Shown here piece after piece: positions 12,140 through 22,221 of a DNA stretch of 64,000 nucleotides. The position numbers and the translations under genes are program-made. Source of the DNA: an uncultured Chloroflexia bacterium (lineage in GTDB: Bacteria > Chloroflexota > Limnocylindria > Limnocylindrales > CSP1-4). The DNA lies in NCBI GenBank assembly GCA_963712745.1, contig CAVQJC010000004.1, positions 224,001 through 288,000 of the forward strand, in the 5' to 3' direction. Under the pieces are notes generated by a model, which saw only the letters and a program-made list of their open reading frames with translations, made no database searches and was not told the origin of the DNA. Each line of letters begins with the position of its first letter. The first letter of the stretch is position 1.

Positions 12140-13251
12140 CTCGCCAGCGCGTGCTGGCCGCGATGTCAGGCGGCGTGGACTCCTCGGCAGCGACGGCACT
12201 GCTCGTGGAACAGGGACACGACGTGGTCGGCGTGTGGATGCGCCTGCACGACGCGGCCGACAGCTACAGCACCACCAACCGCTCGTGCTGCTCCCTCGAC
12301 GCCGCCGAAGACGCCCGTCGAGTGGCGGGCCAGCTGGGCATCCCGTTCTACGTGCTCAACCTCGAGCGCGAGTTCGCGGCCGGCGTGATGGAGCCGTTCT
12401 TCGCGGCCTATCTCGACGGGCGCACGCCCAGCCCCTGCGTGGAGTGCAACTCCCTGGTGAAGTTCGGAGCCCTGCTCGGACGAGCTCGCCACCTCTATGA
12501 CTGTGACGCGGTGGCCACCGGCCACTACGCCCGCATCGAGCGAGGCGATGATCCCGTGGGCCGGCCGCGATATCGTCTCCTGACCGGGCGAGACGAGGAC
12601 AAGGACCAGACGTACTTCCTCTACGGGCTCGACCAGGAGCAGCTGGCCCACACCCGCTTCCCCCTGGGCGAGCTGACCAAGCCCGAGGCACGCGCGGTCG
12701 CCCGCCGCCACGGGCTCGTCACCGCCGACAAGCCGGAGAGCCAGGAGATCTGCTTCGTCCGCGATGGCGACTATCGCACCGAGCTCCAGCAGCGCACCGA
12801 GTGGCGTCCCACCCCCGGACCGCTCGTCGACGCTGACGGCGAGACCGTCGGTGAGCATGTCGGCGCTCCTGCGTACACCGTGGGCCAGCGCAGCGGGCTC
12901 GGCGTGGCCCTCGGCGAGCGCCAGTACGTGGCTGCCATCGACCCGGGCGCCAACCTGGTGACGCTGGGGCGACGAGAGGACCTCTACCGTCGCTGTTTCG
13001 GAGTGACCGAGGCTTCGTTCATCGACGAGCGCCCCACGGAGCCGTTCCGGGCCCGTGTGCGCATCCGCCACCGCGCCGACCTGGTCCCGGGGCTTGTCCG
13101 CCCGGCCCCTGGTGTCGAGGGTGCCTGGCGGGTCGAGCTGGAGCGAGCGGCCTGGGCGCCGGCCCCCGGACAGGCGGCCGTGTTCTACGACGACGCTGAT
13201 GCGGTCATCGGGGGCGGACGCATCGACGTGTCCACCGACCGGGCCGCCTGA
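12136..13251 (+). CDS. mnmA: tRNA 2-thiouridine(34) synthase
   Basis: [46 protein letters not shown]. Confidence 0.97.
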   Translation: MTRQRVLAAMSGGVDSSAATALLVEQGHDVVGVWMRLHDAADSYSTTNRSCCSLDAAEDARRVAGQLGIPFYVLNLEREFAAGVMEPFFAAYLDGRTPSPCVECNSLVKFGALLGRARHLYDCDAVATGHYARIERGDDPVGRPRYRLLTGRDEDKDQTYFLYGLDQEQLAHTRFPLGELTKPEARAVARRHGLVTADKPESQEICFVRDGDYRTELQQRTEWRPTPGPLVDADGETVGEHVGAPAYTVGQRSGLGVALGERQYVAAIDPGANLVTLGRREDLYRRCFGVTEASFIDERPTEPFRARVRIRHRADLVPGLVRPAPGVEGAWRVELERAAWAPAPGQAAVFYDDADAVIGGGRIDVSTDRAA

Positions 13252-13271
13252 GCGACGCGGCGAGCGCCGGC

Positions 13272-13604
13272 ATGGACGACGGCCTGGCCACCTTCGTGCT
13301 CAGTCCCGCCTTCGTGCTTTCCCTGCTCGTCGGTGCCTTCCACACCTGCATCTACATCTTCGTTCGCGGCAACCTCGGCTGGCATATCCCGGCGGTCCTG
13401 GTCGGAGGCATCCTGGGAGCCCTGGTGGGGCAGGCCATCGGCGCCCGAGTCGGCGACCCGTTGCGTATCGGCGACTACAGCCTGCTGTGGGCTTCGGCGA
13501 TCGCCTGGATCGGCATCGGGCTGGCCATCGTGCTCAGCACGCTATCGGCACGCAAGGCGGAGCCCGATCCCGGAGGCGGCCGGATCCGCGCTCGCCGCGA
13601 CTGA
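13272..13604 (+). CDS. Small hypothetical membrane protein (3 TM)
   Basis: Hydrophobic Gly-rich helices, LRIGDY loop, coding-like codon usage. Confidence 0.75.
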   Translation: MDDGLATFVLSPAFVLSLLVGAFHTCIYIFVRGNLGWHIPAVLVGGILGALVGQAIGARVGDPLRIGDYSLLWASAIAWIGIGLAIVLSTLSARKAEPDPGGGRIRARRD

Positions 13605-13626
13605 CACTCGGCCCCCACGGGGGCGG

Positions 13627-14376
13627 TCAGCGCGTGAGACCAGCCCTTTCCGCTTCCTCCGCCTCGACCTCCGCCACTGCCTGCTCGTGCGGTTCGATGG
13701 CCGCCACCACGCCACCCATGCCGATGACCGCGGGCTTGACCGGCGCCTCCCTGGCCCGCGTCCTGTCGCGCCGGCGCTGGATGAAGTAGATACCGCCGGC
13801 CAGGAGCGCGGAGAGGAAGAAGCCGAAGACCATGGCCAGCCAGGGCTGATCCTGGATGAGCGCACCTCCGATGAACCCCGGTAGCGCGGCCTGGAGGGCC
13901 CAGATGACCGCAGCGATAAGGTCGTAGAGGACGAACTGCGGCCAGCTGAAGCGGAGCACACCGGCACCGACGGCCACGGCTGTCCGTCCACCCGGCACGA
14001 AGCGTCCGATGATGACGAACGTGCCCCCGCGCCGGTCGAACTGCTCCTGCACGACCTCGAGCTGCTCGGTGTTGCCGCGCAGGACCTTCTCCACCAGCGG
14101 GCGACCGGCTGCCCGGCCGATCCAGTAGGCGATGTTGTCACCGACGAAGGCGCCCAGGCCGGCCGCGACCATGACCCACAGGATGTTGAGGGTGCCCTGC
14201 CCGGCGAGCACGGCGGCCGCGGTGACAGTGCCCTCGGCGGGGATGACGGGCAGGAGCACGTCGATGGCGGCCATGGCGAAGATGACGAGGTAGGTGACGG
14301 GCGAGTCGGTGACCATGGCGGTCAGCGAGTCGATCAGCTCGGTGGCACGCGTGAGGAGGTCGGTCAGTGTGTCCAT
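13627..14376 (-). CDS. DedA/SNARE-associated family membrane protein
   Basis: LPVIPAEG, GAFVGDNIAYWIGR, GRFVPGGR. Confidence 0.92.
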   Translation of the reverse strand: MDTLTDLLTRATELIDSLTAMVTDSPVTYLVIFAMAAIDVLLPVIPAEGTVTAAAVLAGQGTLNILWVMVAAGLGAFVGDNIAYWIGRAAGRPLVEKVLRGNTEQLEVVQEQFDRRGGTFVIIGRFVPGGRTAVAVGAGVLRFSWPQFVLYDLIAAVIWALQAALPGFIGGALIQDQPWLAMVFGFFLSALLAGGIYFIQRRRDRTRAREAPVKPAVIGMGGVVAAIEPHEQAVAEVEAEEAERAGLTR

Positions 14377-14754
14377 CGGTGCGGGCAAGACTAGCGCCCT
14401 ACCACGCTGGAGGAACGATGACGACGAGCGAAGCACCCACGGCCTCGTTCATCCCCGCGTCCATCCTGCCCAGTCGTTCCATCAGAATCCGGACACGCAT
14501 TGCAGGCCGCCATCGGTGGCCGCCATACTGTCGAGTCATGAGCACATCGCGCGACTCCACCGGCGCTGCCGAGCCCACCCAGGCGCAGAAGCCCGACAGC
14601 GAAGCGAAGCCGGGCGACCAGCCGGATCGAGGATCCCGAGCCCGTCGAAGACCTCGACCGAACTGCATTCGAGAAGCGACTCGGAACCACGCCCCAGAAG
14701 CCCGGGCTCCTGCACCGCATCGCATCGGTCTGGAAGGATGAGTACGACACGGCC

Positions 14755-16917
14755 ATGAACTGGCCGCGCGGCAAGCGACACCTCGTCATACGCGGCTTGA
14801 CCCTGCTCATCGTCAACACCATCGCCCTGCTGCTGGTGGCGGCGGTCATGGACGGCATCAGCTTCACCGGGGATCTGTGGAACATCGTCCCCGCCGCGCT
14901 GGTGACCCTCGTCGCAGGCGCTATCACGTTCCTGTTCCGACCGGTCGTGTTCGTGGCCCTCGGCATCAACAACGTCATCGTCACCGCGCTGCTGACCGTC
15001 CTCTCCATGGGCTTGACGCTGCTCGTCGCCAGCTGGCTCGTCAGGGGCATCGAGATCGATGGCTTCATCCCGGCCTTCGTCGCCTCGATCCTCATCGCGG
15101 CCGTCAACACCGTCATCGTGGCCATCATCGGTCTCGACGAGGACGAGTCGTTCTTCCGCCACTCGATGAAACGCATGGCGCGCGTCAGCGGCGACGTGGA
15201 TGATCGACCGGGCCCGGGCTTCATCATCATCCAGATCGACGGCCTAAGCGAGCCAGTCATGCGCAACGCGCTGCGCACCGGCTACATGCCCTTCCTTAAT
15301 GACTGGCTGGCCAGCGGCAGCCATCGGCTGGGCAAGTACGAAGCGCTCGCGCCGTCGATGACCAGCGCCGGCCAGGTCGGCCTCCTCCATGGCGCACAGC
15401 CGGGCATCCCGGCCTTCCGCTGGTGGGAGAAGGAACGCAACTACCTGATGGTCTCGAACCATCCCGACGACGCCTTCGAGATCGAGCGGCGGTCATCGAA
15501 CGAGAACGATCTGCTCAAGGACGGCGGGACAAGCATCAGCAACCTCGTCTCCGGCGGAGCCACGCGTGCCATCGCCACCAATAGCCAGTTGGCCAAGAGC
15601 GGGCAGGGCCTGCAGATGAAGTCGTTCAGCATGTTCCTCTACAACCCCTACAACCTCACGCGCGGCGCGGCGCAGTTCGTGGGCTCGGTCATCAACGAGT
15701 ACTTCCAGGCGCGACGCCAGCGCACCCGCGATGTGAAGCCGCGCATCGCGCGCGGCATGCCCTTCCCCTTCCTCAAGGCCAGCACGACCACCATCATGCG
15801 CGACATGCTCGTCGACCTCATCATCGGCGAGATGGGCCGCGGCACTCCGATCGTCTACGCCGACTACCTCGGCTACGACGAGGTCGCCCACCACGCCGGT
15901 CCCGAGCGGCCGGAGACGATGCAGCAGCTCGACGCGGTCGACCGCATCATGCGCTCACTCAGCCGAGCCGCCGAGGACGCCCCGCGCGAGTACCACTTCA
16001 TCCTCGTCTCCGACCACGGTCAGACCCAGGGCGCACCGTTCGAGGATCGCTATGGCATCGGGCTCGAAGAGCTCACCCGGAGCCTGATGGAGGGAGATGT
16101 CTCAAGCCTCGATGCCAGCAATGACGTCGAGGGCTGGGGCCCGGTCAACACCTTCCTGACCGAGGCCAGCCGTGCTCCCGGTGCCAGCGGCAAGGTCGTC
16201 CAGCGTGCCCTTCGCAGCGATACCACCGACGGCGTGGTGGGCCTCGGCGATACCGAGGCCTTGCACAAGGGCGCCGAGCTCAAGACGGCCGACGGCGACG
16301 AGGACGAGATCCCCGACCTGGTCGTGGCCGCCTCCGGCAATCTGGCCAACATCTACTTCACCGAGATCCGCGAGCGGGTCAGCCTCGAGGGTATCGCCAA
16401 GATGCACCCCGAGCTCATGCCGGGGCTTGTCCGGCATGAGGGCATCGGTTTCATCATGGTCCATTCCGAGGAACACGGCCCCCTGGTCATCAGCGCCCGC
16501 GGCGTGCGCAACCTCGAGACGGGCGAGGTCGAGGGCGAGGACCCCCTCGAGCATTTCGGCGAGCACGCCGCGGCGAACCTCAAGGAGCTCGACAGCTACA
16601 AGCACATCGGCGACATCTTCGTCATCAGCATGTATGACCCCTCGACCGACGAGGTCGCCCCGTTCGAGCACCAGGTCGGTTCCCACGGCGGCCTCGGAGG
16701 CATGCAGACCAAGGCCTTCGTGATGTATCCGGCCGCCTTCGCCACGCAGGACAAGACCGTGGACCTGGTGGGCGCGCCCGCCGTCAACCACAAGTTCCAT
16801 GAGTGGATCGGCCGGGCCAAGGAGATGTACGCGGCGGGCGAGACGCCCGAGACCAAGCCGGCCGAAGCGGAGCAGGAGCTGCCGTCCGTGCTGCGAGGGG
16901 AGACCGAGGCCGCCTGA
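14755..16917 (+). CDS. 4-TM 'phage holin family'-like membrane domain fused to alkaline phosphatase/NPP-superfamily domain (true start probably ATG 14538 via a +1 indel)
   Basis: N-terminal TMs (GIEIDGFIPAFVASIL); QIDGLS, PSMTSAGQ (Thr nucleophile), YDEVAHH, SDHGQ, GSHGG. Confidence 0.85.
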   Translation: MNWPRGKRHLVIRGLTLLIVNTIALLLVAAVMDGISFTGDLWNIVPAALVTLVAGAITFLFRPVVFVALGINNVIVTALLTVLSMGLTLLVASWLVRGIEIDGFIPAFVASILIAAVNTVIVAIIGLDEDESFFRHSMKRMARVSGDVDDRPGPGFIIIQIDGLSEPVMRNALRTGYMPFLNDWLASGSHRLGKYEALAPSMTSAGQVGLLHGAQPGIPAFRWWEKERNYLMVSNHPDDAFEIERRSSNENDLLKDGGTSISNLVSGGATRAIATNSQLAKSGQGLQMKSFSMFLYNPYNLTRGAAQFVGSVINEYFQARRQRTRDVKPRIARGMPFPFLKASTTTIMRDMLVDLIIGEMGRGTPIVYADYLGYDEVAHHAGPERPETMQQLDAVDRIMRSLSRAAEDAPREYHFILVSDHGQTQGAPFEDRYGIGLEELTRSLMEGDVSSLDASNDVEGWGPVNTFLTEASRAPGASGKVVQRALRSDTTDGVVGLGDTEALHKGAELKTADGDEDEIPDLVVAASGNLANIYFTEIRERVSLEGIAKMHPELMPGLVRHEGIGFIMVHSEEHGPLVISARGVRNLETGEVEGEDPLEHFGEHAAANLKELDSYKHIGDIFVISMYDPSTDEVAPFEHQVGSHGGLGGMQTKAFVMYPAAFATQDKTVDLVGAPAVNHKFHEWIGRAKEMYAAGETPETKPAEAEQELPSVLRGETEAA

Positions 16918-16947
16918 TGGCCAGCCCGGCGGCGCTCCGGTTCGTGG

Positions 16948-17832
16948 CTAGCGGACGACCGTGCCCTCCGGCAACACCGGCAGGATGAGCATGTACTTGC
17001 CATCCCGTCGCGGGTACCGGGCCCGGGGTCGCTGGTACGGAAGATAGTCCTCCTGGAGCTTGCCCACCGGCACCAGCGAGTCGGGCGGGCGTGATGCGCC
17101 CCAGATGGTGCTCACATAGGGGTACCACGTGTCCTGGATGTAGACGGCCTTGACCCGGAAGTCCTTGTCGTAGGCCGGATCGGCCGTGGCCGTGAAGCCG
17201 GACATGACCCAGGAATGGGCCCCACGCCATGTCACCAGCCCGACCGGCTTGTTGGTCATCCGCAGCGCCCTGGCGGCCTTGCGGATGGCGCTCTTCAGCG
17301 TGGGGGCGCCGACGACCTCGTAGGGTCCGTAGCCGCCCGTGTTGAGCAGCTCCTTCCAGCCGGTGAGGTCGACGCCGATGGGTCCCAGCTTGACCTTGTT
17401 GGGCGAGAGCCTGCGTCCTCGCTCGTAGAGCCGCTCCTGGAACCTGACCGAGCGGTTGGGCTCCGAGTCGATGATGTTCATCATCGTCTGGGTCGAGCCG
17501 GCCACACACCAGTCCTTGGTGGCCTGGTGCATGAAGTCTCCCTTGCGGTAGAGGTCGAGGTCGAACGGGCCAGGCTTGGGGCGCGGCTTCAGCTTCATCG
17601 TCTTCAGCTTGGCCTCGACCCTGTGGGGGTTCGTCTCGGACGCCGAGCGTGGCCGTGGCGTGACACTCGGGGCAGCGACCGGTGGAGCCGTGGGGACCTC
17701 GTCGCGAGCACGCTCGGTCGGCGGGACGGCCAGGAGGTTTGCCGGCAGCGCCGAGCAGGAACTCGCGACGAAGGCACCAACCAGTGCCAAGGCGAGCACA
17801 CGGCCCGCAGAGGCGAGATCGTCGACACGCAT
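16948..17832 (-). CDS. Predicted lipoprotein with papain/C39-like cysteine peptidase domain
   Basis: Signal peptide with ASSC lipobox-like site, Pro-rich linker, DWCVAGS (Cys), GAHSWVMSG (His), IQDTW. Confidence 0.65.
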   Translation of the reverse strand: MRVDDLASAGRVLALALVGAFVASSCSALPANLLAVPPTERARDEVPTAPPVAAPSVTPRPRSASETNPHRVEAKLKTMKLKPRPKPGPFDLDLYRKGDFMHQATKDWCVAGSTQTMMNIIDSEPNRSVRFQERLYERGRRLSPNKVKLGPIGVDLTGWKELLNTGGYGPYEVVGAPTLKSAIRKAARALRMTNKPVGLVTWRGAHSWVMSGFTATADPAYDKDFRVKAVYIQDTWYPYVSTIWGASRPPDSLVPVGKLQEDYLPYQRPRARYPRRDGKYMLILPVLPEGTVVR

Positions 17833-17890
17833 GAGGCCCAGACCGTATCGGTCGCCGAGCCGCCTGTGGGCCTTCGCTCAGGAATCTTCA

Positions 17891-18093
17891 CCCAAGCCTG
17901 TCTTCGGACAGGCGGGCCCAAGCTGCTTTCCTCCGGCGGACACTGCGTTGACGCCACCCCTGCCATCAGTGACCGGTGGCTGGCTCGGATGCCTACGGGA
18001 CCGAGGGCGCCGAGAGCGACGGGGGCGTCGACGACTGACCGAGGTGCGCGACTCGATGCCCGCGGGAGCGAGGCTCCCGCGGGCTTGACTTTG
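17891..18093 (+). ncRNA. Candidate structured RNA/leader upstream of alaS (unidentified)
   Basis: c(UUCG)g hairpin 17896-17913; multi-branched domain closed by cgttgacgcc/ggcgtcgacg with G-U pairs on + strand; ends in strong hairpin plus T-rich tract. Confidence 0.35.
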
Positions 18094-18094
18094 T
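18058..18094 (+). terminator. Intrinsic terminator-like hairpin
   Basis: gcccgcgggagc-gag-gctcccgcgggc perfect 12-bp stem followed by ttgactttgt. Confidence 0.55.
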
Positions 18095-18125
18095 GCTGCC
18101 TGCCGCGTTCGCTACACTCGCGGTG

Positions 18126-20893
18126 ATGCCAGAACAACACGACCGGGCCGCCCCGGAGGCCCGGATGCAGCCCCTGTCCGCGGACGAGATCCGCGCCCGC
18201 TTCCTGCGTTTCTTCGAGGAACGCGGCCATGAGGTCGTGCCCAGCGCCAGCCTGGTGCCCGGCGGTGACCAGACGCTGCTCTTCACCAACAGCGGCATGG
18301 TCCAGTTCAAGGACGTCTTCCGCGGCGTCGAGAAGCGGTCATACACGCGAGCGGTCGACTCTCAGCGCTGCCTGCGCGTGGCCGGCAAGCACAACGACTT
18401 CGAGGAGGTCGGGCGCACACCGCGGCACCACACGCTCTTCGAGATGCTCGGGAGCTGGTCCTTCGGCGACTACTTCAAGCGCGAGGCCATCCACTGGGCC
18501 TGGGAGTTCCTGACGCAGGACCTGGGCATCCCCGGGGACCGGCTGGCGGCCACCACCTACACCGACGACGAGGAATCGTGGGCCATCTGGCGCGACGAGA
18601 TCGGCCTGCCGCCCGACCGCATGGCCCGCTGGGGTGACGTGGACAAGGGCGACGACCACAACTTCTGGCGCATGGCCGACACCGGCCCCTGCGGCCCCAA
18701 CAGCGAGATCCACTTCGATCGCGGTGAGCATCTCTCGGAGGGGCCCGGCTGCGTGCCAGATCACACCGAGACCTGTCCGCGCTGGCTCGAGATCTGGAAT
18801 CTCGTGTTCATGGAGTTCGATCAGCCGGTCGACGGTCCGCGCACGGAGCTGCCCTTCAAGTCCGTCGACACCGGCATGGGCCTCGAGCGCCTCGCCTCGG
18901 TGCTGCAGGACGTGCCCAGCAACTACGACATCGACCTCTTCGCGCCTATCCACGAGCGCATGCGCGAGCTGCTCGGACACGATCCCGAGGCCTTCGAGAG
19001 CGAGCGCTTCAGCTACCAGGTCATCGCCGACCATTCGCGCGCCATCACCTTCCTCATCGCCGACGGCGTGACCCCTTCGAACGAGGGTCGCGGCTACGTG
19101 CTGCGCCGTATCGTCCGGCGCGCCGTGCGGCACGGCCGCCTGCTGGGGCGTCACGAGCCGTTCCTCGAGCACACCGCGGCGGTGGTCATCGATCTCATGG
19201 GTGAGGCCTACCCCGTCCTGGTCGAGCGCCGCGAAGCCATCCTCGGCACCATCGTGCGCGAGGAGACCGCCTTCGCCCGCACGCTCGATGCGGGCACCAT
19301 CCAGCTGGAGGAGGCGCTCATCGGGCTGACCAGCGCCGAGCGCGTGGTAGGCCGCCGCCCCGAGGAGGTGCCGGCGGATGCGCCCGAGCTTGACGGGGAG
19401 ACGGCCTTCCGCCTGCACGACACGTATGGCTTCCCCATCGACCTGACCATCGAGTTGGCGGCCGAGTACGGCGTGCGCGTCGACCGCGTGGGCTTCGAGG
19501 CTGCGCTCCAGCAGCAGCGTCAGCGGAGTCGCTCGGGCAAGAAGCTGGACCTCGCCCGCCAGGCCGAGCAGACCGCGCTCTTCGACGGCATCGCCCGGCG
19601 CGTCGGCGATACCGTCTTCCACGGCTACCAGACGACCACGCACCCCGGTCGCGTCGTGGGCATCGTTCGTGACACCACCGAGTACGAGGAGCTCGAGGCG
19701 CGCGGCGACATCGAGGGCCGCACCGACACGTCGGCGGAGGCCCGCATCGTCCTCGACCAGACGCCCTTCTATGCCGAGGGCGGCGGGCAGATCGGGATCG
19801 CGGGGTCTTCCGCGATGACGCTGGCCAGGTGGCCTTCAGCGTCGAGGACACGCAGCGGCCGGTGGCGGGGCTGGTGGTCCACCACGGCCGGCTCCACGGC
19901 AGCATCGCCTTGGGCCAGGAGGTGAGTGCGGAGGTCGATCCGGAGCGGCGGGCGCGCACGATGCGCAACCACACCGGCACGCACGTGCTCCACCGGGCCT
20001 TGCGCAACACGCTCGGCGATTCCGCCCGGCAGGCCGGTTCGCTGGTCACGCCCGACTACCTGCGATTCGACTACCCCTCCGACCGCGGACTCACACCCGA
20101 TGAGCGCGGCACCATCGAGCAAGAGGTGCGCCGCGTCATCCGCGAAGACCGGCCAGTCACGCCCGAGCACATGTCGATGGCCGAGGCCCAGGCGGCCGGG
20201 GCCGACGCGTTCTTCGACGAGAAGTACGGGGAGACGGTGCGCACGGTCCGGGTCGAGGGCTACAGTCACGAGCTCTGCGGCGGTACACACTGCCGCGCCA
20301 CGGGCCAGATCGGCGGCTTCATCATCACCGGCGAGCGCTCGATCGGCTCCGGCATGCGTCGCATCGAGGCCGTCACCGGCGAGGCCGCCGAAGCCCTCAC
20401 CGAGGAGCGCTTCCGCCTGCTCGAGGCCGCCACCACCGCGGCCGGGGCGCAGACCAGCGAACAGCTGGTGGCGCGCATCGAGGAGCTCAGGGAGAAGAAG
20501 CGCCAGGCAGCTGCGCAGCAGACCGGCCTGCTGCCGACCGCACAGGCCGCGGTCAAGACCGCCGAGCTGCTGCACAAGGGCGCTTTCGTCTCGATGATGG
20601 GCGGGTTCCGCTCGATGGATGAGCTGCGGGCCTGGGCCAAGGAGGTGCGAGGGGCCATGAAGAGCGGCGTCATCGCGGCCGGGCTCGACGATCCCGACAA
20701 GCCACAGCTCTTCGTGACCGTCAGCGACGACCTCATCGAGCAGGGCCTCGACGCGGGCGAGCTGGTCAGGGACGCAGTCAGCGAAGCCGGGGGCAAGGGC
20801 GGCGGCAAGGCCGGCATGGCGCAGGGCAAGGTGCCCGAGCCTGATGCGCTCCAGGTCGCGTTCCAGAGGCTGCGCGAGCGACTGCAGGGGTAG
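18126..20893 (+). CDS. alaS: Alanine--tRNA ligase, split by a -1 indel at ~19794-19796 (ORFs 18093..19925 and 19829..20893)
   Basis: LLFTNSGMVQFK, GDYFK, DTGMGLER, DTYGFP, TPFYAEGGGQIG|DRG, NHTGTH, ELCGGTH, GGKGGG; adding one G restores GGQIGDRG. Confidence 0.95.
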
Positions 20894-20906
20894 GGGCGGC
20901 CAGAGC

Positions 20907-22172
20907 ATGTCCCTCGTGCGACGCCTGTTCCGAAGGGCACCTGCCGGTTCCGCCAGCGACGCCCATCTCGCGCTCGATATCGGCACCGAGTACGCCAAGG
21001 CCCTGCTCTTCGAGCACGACGACGGCGACGGCACCGTGGTCACCGGCGTCGGCCGTCAGCGACAGGGCCTGTCCCACATGCAGTCGGGCACGGTGGCCGA
21101 CATCCCCGCGGTGGTGAAGAACTGCCGGGCCGCGCTCGACGAGGCCGAGGAGATGTCCGGGCGTGCCGCGGATAAGGTCGTCATCGGCATCGCCGGCGAG
21201 CTGGTCAAGGGCTTCACCACCACCCGCAGCGTCGAGCGCAAGCGACCGGACAGCTCGGTCACCCACTCGGAGCTGGAACGGCTGCTGGAGGAGATCGAGT
21301 CCGACGCCTCGGCCGAGGCCCAGCGGACGATCACCTGGGAGACGGGCCTGCCCAACGTCGACGTGCGGCTGGTGCATGCCAGCGTGGCCTCGGCCGGCAT
21401 CGACGGCTACGCGGTCTCCAACCCGGTCGGCTTCCAGGGCCGCCACCTTCGCATCTCGGTCTTCAACGCCTACGCACCGCTGGTTCACCTGGGCGCGCTC
21501 GAATCGGTCGTGGAGCAGCTCGGCCTTGAGCTCATCAAGGTCGTGGCCGAGCCGTACGCGGTGGCCCGATCGATCTCCGGCGAGCAGGTCGGTCAGTCGG
21601 GCGCACTCTTCATCGACGTCGGGGGCGGTACCACCGACGTCGCACTCGTGCGCTCGGGCTCGGTCGAGGGCACTCGCATGTTCGCCCTCGGTGGCCGCGC
21701 CTTCACCAAGTCGCTGGCAGATCGTCTCGACGTGGGCTTCGAGGCGGCGGAGGCGGTCAAGATCGCCCATGCCGCAGGCAAGGACGTGGAAGACGCCGAC
21801 GAGGTGGCCACCATCATCAGCGAGGACATCGCGGTCTGGGCTGCGGGCGTCGAACTCGTGCTCGAGGAGTTCGGGCAGGCGGGTCTGCTGCCCGGTCGCA
21901 TCGAGCTCTGCGGGGGCGGGGCGGCGCTGCCGGAGATCCGGGCCGCGCTCGAGGACGAGCGGTTCGGCCGCGGCCTGCCCTTCGCGCGGCGCCCGCTGGT
22001 GTCGATGATGGATCCCGACTCGGTCAGCGAGATCACCGACGGGACCGGGCTGCTCGTCGACCAGCAGGACGTGACACCGATGGCCCTGGCCTACCAGGCA
22101 GTGGAGGCGGCCAAGCCCCAGGAGCCGCTCGATGCCGCCCTCACCCGCGTGCTCAAGGGGATGCGCGTCTAG
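20907..22172 (+). CDS. FtsA-like actin-fold ATPase (not in a dcw cluster)
   Basis: ALDIGTEYAK (phosphate 1), IDVGGGTTD (phosphate 2), LCGGGAAL (adenosine), FtsA 1C-like insert (IDGYAVSNPVGFQG). Confidence 0.85.
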   Translation: MSLVRRLFRRAPAGSASDAHLALDIGTEYAKALLFEHDDGDGTVVTGVGRQRQGLSHMQSGTVADIPAVVKNCRAALDEAEEMSGRAADKVVIGIAGELVKGFTTTRSVERKRPDSSVTHSELERLLEEIESDASAEAQRTITWETGLPNVDVRLVHASVASAGIDGYAVSNPVGFQGRHLRISVFNAYAPLVHLGALESVVEQLGLELIKVVAEPYAVARSISGEQVGQSGALFIDVGGGTTDVALVRSGSVEGTRMFALGGRAFTKSLADRLDVGFEAAEAVKIAHAAGKDVEDADEVATIISEDIAVWAAGVELVLEEFGQAGLLPGRIELCGGGAALPEIRAALEDERFGRGLPFARRPLVSMMDPDSVSEITDGTGLLVDQQDVTPMALAYQAVEAAKPQEPLDAALTRVLKGMRV

Positions 22173-22221
22173 CGCGGCGCACCGCTGACGAAGAGTGCCC
22201 CGGTAGGGCAGACTGCGGACG

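Noticed and set aside
17880-18095. T-box riboswitch upstream of alaS
   Set aside because: No UGGNACC antiterminator bulge or recognisable stem I motifs; kept only as an unidentified structured element.
18126-20893. alaS as a pseudogene or naturally split gene
   Set aside because: One missing base in a G run restores the conserved GGQIGDRG and no other decay is visible, so a sequencing error is most likely.
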